DNA from: an uncultured Actinomycetes bacterium | GTDB lineage: Bacteria > Actinomycetota > Actinomycetes > Streptosporangiales > Streptosporangiaceae | Assembly (NCBI GenBank): GCA_963741615.1 | Contig: CAVUIU010000001.1 | Location: forward strand, 6,185-70,184 | DNA: 64,000 nucleotides | Direction of reading: 5' to 3' | Shown here: piece by piece, positions 8,841-19,044 of the stretch | Position numbering within the stretch: position 1 is the first letter of the stretch | How the letters are laid out: every line of letters starts with the position of its first letter | Made by a program: the position numbers and the translations under genes | The notes under the pieces: model-generated | The model's database searches: none | The model's input: only the letters and a program-made list of their open reading frames with translations | Told to the model about the DNA's origin: nothing

Positions 8841-10226
8841 CTACCCGGCCGGGACGAGCTCGGCCGTGGCCTCATCCCTGGCACGGGCGCGCCACCATTG
8901 CTGACCGCGGGTGGGCAGCACGTAGATCGGGTCGTAGTAGGCGTACTCGCGGCTGAGCGCGAGCGGGTCGCCGGCCTCCACCCCGGTCCGGTAGTTCTTG
9001 GTCCAGTAGGAGATGCCCAGGTCGGTGTCGTAGCGGGATACCTGGTGCACCCAGCGCTTCCCGACGTAGGGCACATCGCAGACGATCCGCGGGGTGGCGA
9101 ACCCGGGCAGGTAGCCCATGATCTGGTGCTGCAGGCGCTGCGCCTCGGCGAGCGAGAGCCGCCAGTGCTCGCTGCCCGGGATCATGTCGCACATGTAGAG
9201 GTAGTACGGCATGATCTTCGCCTCGTCGAGCAGGACGAAGCTGAGGTCGAGGAGCGCCTGCGGGCTGTCGTTCACCCCGCGCAGCAGCACTCCCTGGTTG
9301 CGGACGTCGCGGATGCCGGTCTCGAGCATGGCGCGGGCCGCGCGTGCCACCAGCGGGGTCACCGACTGGGCCGCGTTCACGTGGGTGTGGATGGCGATGC
9401 TCACGCCGCGTTCCCGGGCACGGGTGCCGAGCCGTTCCATCCCGGCGCGCACGTCGTCGCCGAGCCAGTGCTGGGGGAGCCCCATCAGCGCCTTGGTGGC
9501 GAGCCGGATGTCGCGGATGTTCTCCACCTCGAGCAGGCTGCCGACGAAGGCCTCGAGCCGCGGCCACGGCAGGTTGGCCACATCCCCGCCGGAGACGACC
9601 ACGTCCCGCACCCCCGGCGTGGCCTTCAGGTAACCGATCATGGCGGCCAGCCGGTCCTCACGGGGCAGGCCGAACTTGTGCTTGCCGATGGTGGGGGTCG
9701 GGTTGCCCACCAGATCCATCCGGGTGCAGTGGCCGCAGTACTGGGGACAGGTGGGGAGCACCTCGGCGAGCACCTTGGTGGGATACCGGTGCGTGAGGCC
9801 CTCGACCGCCCACATCTCCGCCTCGTGCAGCGAGTCCCGGGAGGCGTAGGGATGGGAGGGCCAGTCGGTGCGCCGGTCGCTGAAGACCGGGATCATGTAC
9901 CGGCGGACCGGGTCGGCGTAGAACGCCTCGGTAAAGCCCGGGTCGCCGGGAGCGGCGGCGGGCACCATGGTGTTGAGCATCTGCGGCGGCACCAGCATCG
10001 ACATGGTGGCCCGTTCCCGCTGGTCCTGCTCGAGATCAGCACAGAACGCATCGGACAGGCCCGGCCCGGCCACCTCGCGCAGCTGCCGGACGTTCTTCAC
10101 GCAGTGCGCCCGCTGCCACTGTGCGGACTCCCACTGTGCCACGGTCACCCCGGCCCAGCCGGGGAAGCGCCGCCAGTCCGGCTCGGTGAGTTCCTGGCGG
10201 CGGTAGACGTACGGCTGGTCGATCAC
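8841..10226 (-). CDS. kamA: Lysine 2,3-aminomutase (radical SAM, KamA family)
   Basis: Radical-SAM CxxxCxxC motif (CPQYCGHCTRM) and KamA-like size (461 aa from GTG 10226, preceded by GGGGAAGAGAG). It sits next to kdd/kamDE/kal. Confidence 0.85.
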   Translation of the reverse strand: MIDQPYVYRRQELTEPDWRRFPGWAGVTVAQWESAQWQRAHCVKNVRQLREVAGPGLSDAFCADLEQDQRERATMSMLVPPQMLNTMVPAAAPGDPGFTEAFYADPVRRYMIPVFSDRRTDWPSHPYASRDSLHEAEMWAVEGLTHRYPTKVLAEVLPTCPQYCGHCTRMDLVGNPTPTIGKHKFGLPREDRLAAMIGYLKATPGVRDVVVSGGDVANLPWPRLEAFVGSLLEVENIRDIRLATKALMGLPQHWLGDDVRAGMERLGTRARERGVSIAIHTHVNAAQSVTPLVARAARAMLETGIRDVRNQGVLLRGVNDSPQALLDLSFVLLDEAKIMPYYLYMCDMIPGSEHWRLSLAEAQRLQHQIMGYLPGFATPRIVCDVPYVGKRWVHQVSRYDTDLGISYWTKNYRTGVEAGDPLALSREYAYYDPIYVLPTRGQQWWRARARDEATAELVPAG

Positions 10227-10402
10227 GGTGGCCCTACTCTCTTCCCCGATTACCGGACGATAGCCGGATCTACAGGGACCATGCGATAGAAACTCATGCA
10301 ATAATAGTCCGTCACAGCAAAATTTTCTGAATCGGCCACCGCTACCTGCGTGTTACTGGCCGCTGAGCGGGCACGCCGGGCGTGCCGGGAGGACACGAAG
10401 GC

Positions 10403-11539
10403 ATGACCGGATCGAAGCCCGCCAGCCAGGGCAGGACGGCGGCCGGGTCGCCGCTGGGCCTGCACCGGGTGCTGGCACCCACGGGCGTCCTGCCGCAGGC
10501 GGCGTGGCGGCTGGACCCGAGCCCGGGGCTGTGGCCGGACGAGGTCCGGGTGCGGGTGGAGCGCCTCAACCTCGACGCGGCCTCGTTCCGCCAGCTGCGT
10601 GAGGCCACCGGCGGCGCCGCCGCCGGAATGCGGGCGGCGGTCTGCCAGATCGTGGCCGAGCGCGGCAAGATGCAGAACCCGGTGACCGGCTCGGGCGGCA
10701 TGCTCACCGGTGTGGTCGAGGAGGCGGGCCCCGGCTCATCGCTCGGCCTGGCGCCGGGGGACCGGATCGCCACCCTGGTCTCGCTCAGCCTCACGCCGCT
10801 GGTGATCACCGACGGCCTGGAGAGCTGGGACGGCCAGTCGGAACAGGTGCCCTGCGACGGGCACGCGATCCTGTTCGGCCGCTCGATCGCCACCGTGCTC
10901 CCCGCCGACCTGCCCGGGCCGCTGGCGCTGGCGGTGCTGGACGTGTGCGGAGCCCCGGCCCTCACCGGCCGGGTGGTCAGCCAGGCGGCCCTGGCCGGCG
11001 GGCCGGGCGGGCCGGTGGTGGCGGTGCTCGGCGCGGCCGGCAAGAGCGGCAGCCTGTCCGCGGCGGCGGCCCGCAGGGCGGGCGCGGGACGGGTCATCGG
11101 CGTGGTGCCTGACGAGGCCGAGGCCGCCACGCTGCGCGCCGCAGGCCTCGCCGATGAGGTGGTGACCGCGGACGCGCGCGACCCGGTGGCGCTGGCCGCC
11201 GCGGTGCGCGGCGCCGGCGGCCCGGCCGCGGTGACGGTGGTCTGCGTGGACGTGCCCGGCTGCGAGGGCGGAGCGGTGCTGGCCACCGCCGACGGCGGCA
11301 CGGTCGTGTTCTTCTCGATGGCCACCTCGTTCACGGCCGCCGCCCTCGGCGCGGAAGGAGCGGCGGCCGATGTCACGATGCTGATCGGTAACGGGTATGT
11401 ACCCGGGCATGCGGTGCTGGCGCTGGACCTGGTCCGCTCCGACCCGGGGGTGCGGGGCATCTTCGAGGCACGGGTGAGCGAGGCCGCCGGCGGCACCCGG
11501 GGCGCCGGGCGCGCCCAGCGCGGGAAGGTGGAGACGTGA
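10403..11539 (+). CDS. kdd: L-erythro-3,5-diaminohexanoate dehydrogenase
   Basis: Kdd-like sequence (RVERLNLDAASFRQL, GKMQNPVTGSGGML, Rossmann AVLGAAGKSGS). ATG 10403 follows GGGAGGA. The stop overlaps the kamD GTG (GTGA). Confidence 0.8.
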   Translation: MTGSKPASQGRTAAGSPLGLHRVLAPTGVLPQAAWRLDPSPGLWPDEVRVRVERLNLDAASFRQLREATGGAAAGMRAAVCQIVAERGKMQNPVTGSGGMLTGVVEEAGPGSSLGLAPGDRIATLVSLSLTPLVITDGLESWDGQSEQVPCDGHAILFGRSIATVLPADLPGPLALAVLDVCGAPALTGRVVSQAALAGGPGGPVVAVLGAAGKSGSLSAAAARRAGAGRVIGVVPDEAEAATLRAAGLADEVVTADARDPVALAAAVRGAGGPAAVTVVCVDVPGCEGGAVLATADGGTVVFFSMATSFTAAALGAEGAAADVTMLIGNGYVPGHAVLALDLVRSDPGVRGIFEARVSEAAGGTRGAGRAQRGKVET

Positions 11540-13104
11540 CACCCCAGGGCTCAAAACTCGGTCTTGATCCCGCCGTGATCGCCACGGCACGGGAACTGGC
11601 CCGGACCGCCGGGCAGCCCATCATCGACATGGCCCGCAGCCACTCCACGGTGTCGGTGGAGCGCGCGGTACTGCGGCTGGCCGGCCTCGACGGCGCGGAC
11701 GACGGTGGCATGCCCTGGGTAAACCGCCTGGTGGACGCCGTGCGGGAGACCACGGGGCTGGAGCACGGGGTGGCGCTGCCGGCCTGGGACGCGCTGGCGA
11801 CCGGGGGATACCCCGGCCTGCCCGCGCTCGCCAGGGACGCCGCCGCCGGCCGGGTCAAGTTCCGCGTGCCCGAGGGCCGTGACGCGGTGGCGGCACGGGC
11901 GGCCGCCAGCGCCGCGCTGGCGCAGGGTTTCGCCGCCATCGACGCCCGGCGGGCGCAGCGGGAGTCGATGCTCAGGGAAACCTCCGATCCGCCCAAGCCG
12001 TGGATCTACCTGATCGTCGCGACCGGCGACATCTACGAGGACATCCCGCAGGCCCAGGCCGCCGCGCGGGAAGGGGCGGACATCATCGCGGTGATCCGGT
12101 CCACCGGCCAGTCACTGCTCGACTATGTGCCGGAGGGACCCACCCGTGAGGGCTTCGCCGGCACCTACGCCACGCGGGAGAACTTCGCCCTGATGCGGGC
12201 CGCGCTCGACGACGTCTCCCGCGAGCTGGGGCGCTACGTCCGGCTCACCAACTACGCGTCCGGGCTGTGCATGCCCGAGATCGCGGCCCTGGCCGGCCTG
12301 GAACGACTGGACATGATGCTCAACGATTGCATGTACGGAATCATCTTCCGCGACATCAATCCCCGTCGCACCTTCATCGACCAGCGGTTTTCCCGGCAGA
12401 TCCACGCCCGGGCCGGAATCATCATCAACACCGGCGAGGACAACTACCTGACCACGGCCGACGCGGTGGACGCCGCGCACACGGTCGTCGTCAGCCAGCT
12501 GCTGAACGAGTTCTTCGGCACCGAGGCCGGGCTCGCTGACTGGCAGCTCGGCCTGGGCCACGCGTTCGAGATCAACCCGGAGGTCCCGGACTCGCTCCTG
12601 CTCGAACTGGCGCACGCCCAGCTGGTCAGGGAGCTGTTCCCGGACGCGCCGCTGAAGTACATGCCGCCGACCAAGCACATGACCGGCAATGTGTTCGGCG
12701 GCTTCCTGCTGGACGCGTTCTTCAACCTGGCCGGCGTCATGACCGACCAGTCGATCCTGCTCATCGGCATGATGACCGAGGGCATCCACACCCCGTTCCT
12801 GTCCGACCGCGACCTGGCGCTGGAGAATGTCCGGTACGTGGCGCGCGCGGCGGGCAAGCTGGGCGAGAACTTCCGGCCCCCGCCCGGCGGCCCCGTCCAG
12901 CTGCGCGGGCAGCAGGTCCTGGCCGAGGCGGTCAACCTGCTGCGCCGCATCGAGGCCGACGGGCTGCTCAACGCGATCGCCGACGGCACCTTCGGCATCA
13001 CCCGCCGGCCCGCGGACGGCGGCCGCGGCCTGGAGGGCGTCGTCGAGCGGGCAGAAGGCTACTTCAACCCGGCAGCCGAGTTCCTGGAGGGCGGGCGGTC
13101 ATGA
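11536..13104 (+). CDS. kamD: Lysine 5,6-aminomutase alpha subunit
   Basis: 522-aa ORF. Size and sequence resemble the KamD TIM-barrel subunit. It lies directly upstream of the B12-binding beta subunit gene. Confidence 0.85.
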   Translation: MTPQGSKLGLDPAVIATARELARTAGQPIIDMARSHSTVSVERAVLRLAGLDGADDGGMPWVNRLVDAVRETTGLEHGVALPAWDALATGGYPGLPALARDAAAGRVKFRVPEGRDAVAARAAASAALAQGFAAIDARRAQRESMLRETSDPPKPWIYLIVATGDIYEDIPQAQAAAREGADIIAVIRSTGQSLLDYVPEGPTREGFAGTYATRENFALMRAALDDVSRELGRYVRLTNYASGLCMPEIAALAGLERLDMMLNDCMYGIIFRDINPRRTFIDQRFSRQIHARAGIIINTGEDNYLTTADAVDAAHTVVVSQLLNEFFGTEAGLADWQLGLGHAFEINPEVPDSLLLELAHAQLVRELFPDAPLKYMPPTKHMTGNVFGGFLLDAFFNLAGVMTDQSILLIGMMTEGIHTPFLSDRDLALENVRYVARAAGKLGENFRPPPGGPVQLRGQQVLAEAVNLLRRIEADGLLNAIADGTFGITRRPADGGRGLEGVVERAEGYFNPAAEFLEGGRS

Positions 13105-13196
13105 GAACGGTTCAGGCGGGGGGTTCCGGGGGGTCGCCCCCCCGGGCCAGCACCGGCAACCCGGCAGCCGAGTTCCTGGAGGGCAGGCGGTCATGA
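13065..13196 (+). repeat. Duplicated 40-nt kamD/kamE stop-start junction (copies at 13065-13104 and 13157-13196, 39/40 identical) flanking 52 nt of G/C-run filler; contains a 31-codon bridging ORF at 13101-13196
   Basis: Direct reading: CAACCCGGCAGCCGAGTTCCTGGAGGGC[G/A]GGCGGTCATGA occurs twice with a 92-nt period. Confidence 0.9.
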
Positions 13197-13990
13197 CCAG
13201 CCCCATCATCCGTCCCTACGGGGACACCACGGGCGACGGGCAGGTGCAGGTGTCGTTCACACTGCCGGTCCCGTTCGGCACCGAGCACGACCGGGCGGTG
13301 GCGCAGGGCGCCGCCCTGCAGCTGGCCGCGAAGATGGGCCTGGAACCGGCGATGGTGGTGCACGCCAAGGGGATGGGCCCGGCGTTCACGTTCTTCATCG
13401 TCTACGGCCGCGCCAGCCACCTGGTGGACCTGTCGGAGGTCACGGTGGCGGAGCGGGAGTTCCCGGTGCTGCCCGCCGCCGAGATCAACCTGCGCATCAG
13501 GTCCGGCCTGGGCCGGGAGATGGTGGTGCTCGGTGCTTGCATCGGGACCGACGCGCACACGGTCGGGATCGACGCGATACTCAACGTCAAGGGCCATGCC
13601 GGCGAGAAGGGCCTGGAGTACTACCGGGAGATGCGGGTGGTGAACCTCGGCGCACAGGTGGACGTGGCCGACCTGGTCGCCCGGGCGGTTGCCGAGCATG
13701 CGGACGCGGTGCTGGTCAGCCAGGTCGTCACCCAGCGCGACGCGCACCTGGCCGGTGCCCGCGCGCTGGCGGACGCGTTCAGCACCGGAGCCGCCGGCGG
13801 GGGAGCGTCCGGCGGGGAGCGCCGCGGCCGGCCGCTGCTGGTGGTCGGCGGCCCCAGGTTCGACCCCACGATGGCGGCCGAACTCGGCGTGGACAAGATC
13901 TTCGGCCGGGGCGTCACCCCCCGCGAGGTAGCCAGCTACCTGGTGCATGCGCTCATCGGTGAGCCCGCCACGGCCGGGGCCGGGGCATGA
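13193..13990 (+). CDS. kamE: Lysine 5,6-aminomutase beta subunit (B12-binding)
   Basis: Protein-like sequence starts at ATG 13193 (MTSPIIRPYGDTTGDG). Cobalamin-binding DxHxxG motif (GTDAHTVGID). GGAGGG Shine-Dalgarno lies 9 nt upstream. ATGA overlap with kal. Confidence 0.85.
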   Translation: MTSPIIRPYGDTTGDGQVQVSFTLPVPFGTEHDRAVAQGAALQLAAKMGLEPAMVVHAKGMGPAFTFFIVYGRASHLVDLSEVTVAEREFPVLPAAEINLRIRSGLGREMVVLGACIGTDAHTVGIDAILNVKGHAGEKGLEYYREMRVVNLGAQVDVADLVARAVAEHADAVLVSQVVTQRDAHLAGARALADAFSTGAAGGGASGGERRGRPLLVVGGPRFDPTMAAELGVDKIFGRGVTPREVASYLVHALIGEPATAGAGA

Positions 13991-14385
13991 CCGCGAACGG
14001 CCCTGAGGAGGGCCTGTCCGTCACCCATCGCCGGTACGTGCCGGCCAGTCACGCCCACTACGGCGGCAACCTCGTCGACGGCGCCTATGTGCTCGGCCTC
14101 TTCGGCGACGTGGCCACCGAGATGGCCATCCGCACCGACGGCGACGAGTCCCTGTTCGCCTCCTACTCCGACGTCCAGTTCCTGGCCCCGGTGCTGGCCG
14201 GCGACGTGATCGAAGCCACGGCGGTGCTGACCCGGGCCTGCCGGCGCAGCCGCGAACTGGCCTTCGAGGCCCGGGTCGTCTGCCGCGCCGACCCTGAGCG
14301 TGGGCAGTCGGCCTCGCGGGTGCTCGACGAGCCGCTGATCGTCGTCACCGCTACCGGCACGATCGTCGTTCCCGCTGCTGAGTGA
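13987..14385 (+). CDS. kal: 3-aminobutyryl-CoA ammonia-lyase (hotdog fold)
   Basis: 132-aa ORF with the block HYGGNLVDGAYVLGLFGDVATE ... FLAPVLAGDVIEA, which I remember from Kal proteins. It is the last gene of the kdd-kamDE operon. Confidence 0.7.
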   Translation: MTANGPEEGLSVTHRRYVPASHAHYGGNLVDGAYVLGLFGDVATEMAIRTDGDESLFASYSDVQFLAPVLAGDVIEATAVLTRACRRSRELAFEARVVCRADPERGQSASRVLDEPLIVVTATGTIVVPAAE

Positions 14386-14406
14386 CGGGCGGACGGTCCC
14401 GCCCGT
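14385..14406 (+). terminator. Stem-loop immediately after the kal stop
   Basis: ACGGGCGG-acggtc-CCGCCCGT: 8-bp GC stem with a 6-nt loop, overlapping the last base of the stop. There is no T-tract, as is usual in high-GC actinobacteria. Confidence 0.5.
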
Positions 14407-14518
14407 GCTCGGCGATCCCGCCCTTCCTCCGAATCCGTTCGATTTTGGCACTCACTTTTGCTTGCGTCAGACTTTAAACTGATAGTAACATTCAGATTGG
14501 GGGTGATAGCGAGAGGTA

Positions 14519-16120
14519 GTGGGTGTCATGAATGTTGTGCGGGTGGGGGGCGCGGGGGCGCGGAAGTGGTGGGCGCTGGCGGGGCTGTCGCTGGGGGTGC
14601 TGGCCGTGGGGCTGGACGCGACGGTGCTGAGCGTGGCGCTGCCGACGCTGGCGGTGTCGCTGCGCGCGACCGCGACCGACCTGCAGTGGTTCATCTCCGC
14701 TTATACGCTGGCGCTGGCGGTGGCACTGCTGCCGGGCGGGCTGCTGGGGGACCGGTACGGGCGCAAGAAGGTCATGATCGGCGCCCTCAGCGTGTTCGGG
14801 CTCGGGTCGCTGGCGTGTGCGTATGCGCCGAACGCCGGTGCGTTCATTGCCGCGAGGACGGTGCTCGGGCTGGCTGCGGGCTGCATGATCCCGCTGGTCC
14901 TGTCGGTGGTGGCGGTGCTGTTCAGCGACGAGGAGCGGACCAAGGCGGTCGGCATCTGGGCGGCGGCCAACTTCCTGGCCCTGCCGGTCGGCCCGATCCT
15001 GGGCGGGTGGCTGCTGTCGAACTACTGGTGGGGCTGGGTGTTCCTGATGAACCTGCCGGTGGTCGTGATCGGCCTGGTCGCGGTCGCGGTGCTGGTGCCG
15101 GAATCCCGCGCCGCCAGCCGCCCCGGCCTGGACCCGGCGGGCATCGCGACGTCGTGCGGCGGCCTGGCGGTGCTGATCTACGGGTTCATCGCAGCCGGCC
15201 AGTACGGCTGGTCATCAACCACAGCGGTCCTGCCGATCGTGGCCGGGCTGGCGATGCTGGCGGCCTTCGTCGCGTGGGAGCTGCACCTCACCCGGCGCCC
15301 CGGTGGGCCGGGTGGGCAGCCGCTGGTGGATCTCAGCCTGTTCCGGTCGGCCAGGTTCACCTGGGGCACCATCCTGCAGGCGTTCGGCATCTTCGCGATG
15401 TTCGGCCTGCTGTTCGCGGCGCCCCAGTTCTTCCAGGCGATTCTGGGCGTGAACGCGATGGGCAGCGGGCTGCGGCTGCTGCCGCTGATGGCCGGCCTCG
15501 CCCTCGGCGCGGGCCTGGCCGACCAGGTGGCCAGGCGGGTCACCGCCAAGCTGACGGTCGCGCTCGGGTTCGCCCTGCTCGCGGCCGGCCTGGTGCTCGG
15601 CACCACGATGACGGCGGCCAGCGGGACCGTGCTCATCGCGGCCTGGACCGCCATCGCCGGGATCGGCTTCGGGCTGACGCTGGCCACCGCCGCGTCCGCG
15701 GCCCTGGTCGACCTGCCCAAGGAGAACGCCGGGATCGGCTCGGCGGTCATGCAGGCGGTCCAGAAGGCAGGCGCCCCGCTGTCGGCCGCGGTCCTCGGCA
15801 GCGTCATCGCCGCTGGCTACCACTCCCAGCTGCCGGCCGCGGGCCTGCCGGCGGCCACCGCGGGTGCGGTCCGCAGCAGCGTGTTCGCCGGGATCGCGGT
15901 GGCCCGCAAGCTCGGCTCACCCGCGTTGCTTGAGTCGGTGCGCTCGGCGTTCGTGCACGGGATCACGGCCATGCTGTGGGTGAGTGCCGGGCTGGCCGTG
16001 CTGGGGGTTGTCCTGGCGCTGCTCTTCCTGCCCTGGCGGGCGACCGTGGCTGACTCCGCGCCCGCTGCTTCCTTGCCGGCCGGAGAGGGGGAAGAATCAG
16101 CGCATGAGCGCGTTGCCTGA
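14519..16120 (+). CDS. MFS transporter, DHA2 (EmrB/QacA, 14-TMS) family
   Basis: 533-aa ORF with DHA2 motifs (GLDATVLSVALPTL, LPGGLLGDRYGRKKV). Alternative ATG at 14528. An AT-rich leader lies upstream. Confidence 0.85.
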   Translation: MGVMNVVRVGGAGARKWWALAGLSLGVLAVGLDATVLSVALPTLAVSLRATATDLQWFISAYTLALAVALLPGGLLGDRYGRKKVMIGALSVFGLGSLACAYAPNAGAFIAARTVLGLAAGCMIPLVLSVVAVLFSDEERTKAVGIWAAANFLALPVGPILGGWLLSNYWWGWVFLMNLPVVVIGLVAVAVLVPESRAASRPGLDPAGIATSCGGLAVLIYGFIAAGQYGWSSTTAVLPIVAGLAMLAAFVAWELHLTRRPGGPGGQPLVDLSLFRSARFTWGTILQAFGIFAMFGLLFAAPQFFQAILGVNAMGSGLRLLPLMAGLALGAGLADQVARRVTAKLTVALGFALLAAGLVLGTTMTAASGTVLIAAWTAIAGIGFGLTLATAASAALVDLPKENAGIGSAVMQAVQKAGAPLSAAVLGSVIAAGYHSQLPAAGLPAATAGAVRSSVFAGIAVARKLGSPALLESVRSAFVHGITAMLWVSAGLAVLGVVLALLFLPWRATVADSAPAASLPAGEGEESAHERVA

Positions 16121-16781
16121 ACATGCCGCCCCGCCGGATCCCACCCAGCCCGGGCAGCCCGGCCCGCCCGGCCCGCCCCGGCCCGGGCTGCGTGAGCGCA
16201 AGAAGGCCAGGACGCGTGCTGCCATCCGGGAGCACGCGTTCCGGCTTTTCCGCGAGCAGGGCTACGACGCCACCACGGTCGAGCAGATCGCCGACGCCGC
16301 CGAGGTCTCGCCAAGCACTTTCTTCCGCTACTTCCCCACCAAGGAAGACGTGGTGCTGCAGGACGACATGGATCTCCTGTGGATGGAGGCGATCCGGGAG
16401 CAGCCGCCCGAGGTAGGTCCCATCGCGGCCATGCGGGCCGGGGTCCACACGGCATTCGCCCGGATGGGGGAAGGCGAATGGGCGCAACTGCGCGAGACGA
16501 CCGAGCTGGCCATGGCGGTACCCGCGGTGCGGGCACGCATGCTGGCGGAACTGGCCAGAACGACCCAGGTCCTCGCGGCGGCGGTGGCGGAGCGGTCAGG
16601 CCGGGACCCCGGCGACTTCGCGGTCCGCGCGCTGGCGGGAGCGATCGTGGGGATAGCCATGGCCGCGTGGTTCGAAGAAGCCGACGACCTGACGGACTTC
16701 AGCGACCACAACAGACTGGCCGCCTTCGCCAACAAGTTCGAACACGGCCTAGCCCTCCTGGAAGCCGGCCTCCCCCTCTAA
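16104..16781 (+). CDS. TetR/AcrR family transcriptional regulator
   Basis: ATG 16104 lies inside the end of the MFS gene (17-nt overlap). TetR HTH region RERKKARTRAAIREHAFRLFREQGYDATTVEQIADAAEVSPSTFFRYF. Confidence 0.9.
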   Translation: MSALPEHAAPPDPTQPGQPGPPGPPRPGLRERKKARTRAAIREHAFRLFREQGYDATTVEQIADAAEVSPSTFFRYFPTKEDVVLQDDMDLLWMEAIREQPPEVGPIAAMRAGVHTAFARMGEGEWAQLRETTELAMAVPAVRARMLAELARTTQVLAAAVAERSGRDPGDFAVRALAGAIVGIAMAAWFEEADDLTDFSDHNRLAAFANKFEHGLALLEAGLPL

Positions 16782-16840
16782 CAACCTCCGCCCGGAAACA
16801 CCCCCTCGCCTGCCAGCCTCCGATCGGTGCCCGAGCAGAA

Positions 16841-16897
16841 GTAGCCGGGGCACGATTGGACCAAGCGTTATGCGCGGTCCACTCGTGCCCCGGCTAC
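16841..16897. terminator. Large hairpin between the convergent tetR and acs genes (likely bidirectional terminator)
   Basis: 15-bp perfect arms GTAGCCGGGGCACGA / TCGTGCCCCGGCTAC, with an inner TGGACC/GGTCCA stem. Confidence 0.55.
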
Positions 16898-16908
16898 ACC
16901 ACTGACCC

Positions 16909-19044
<2,136 letters not shown>

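Noticed and set aside
10227-10402. Lysine (L-box) or cobalamin riboswitch controlling the kam/kdd genes
   Set aside because: The spacer is too short and lacks the conserved L-box or B12-box cores as far as I can judge without a covariance model.
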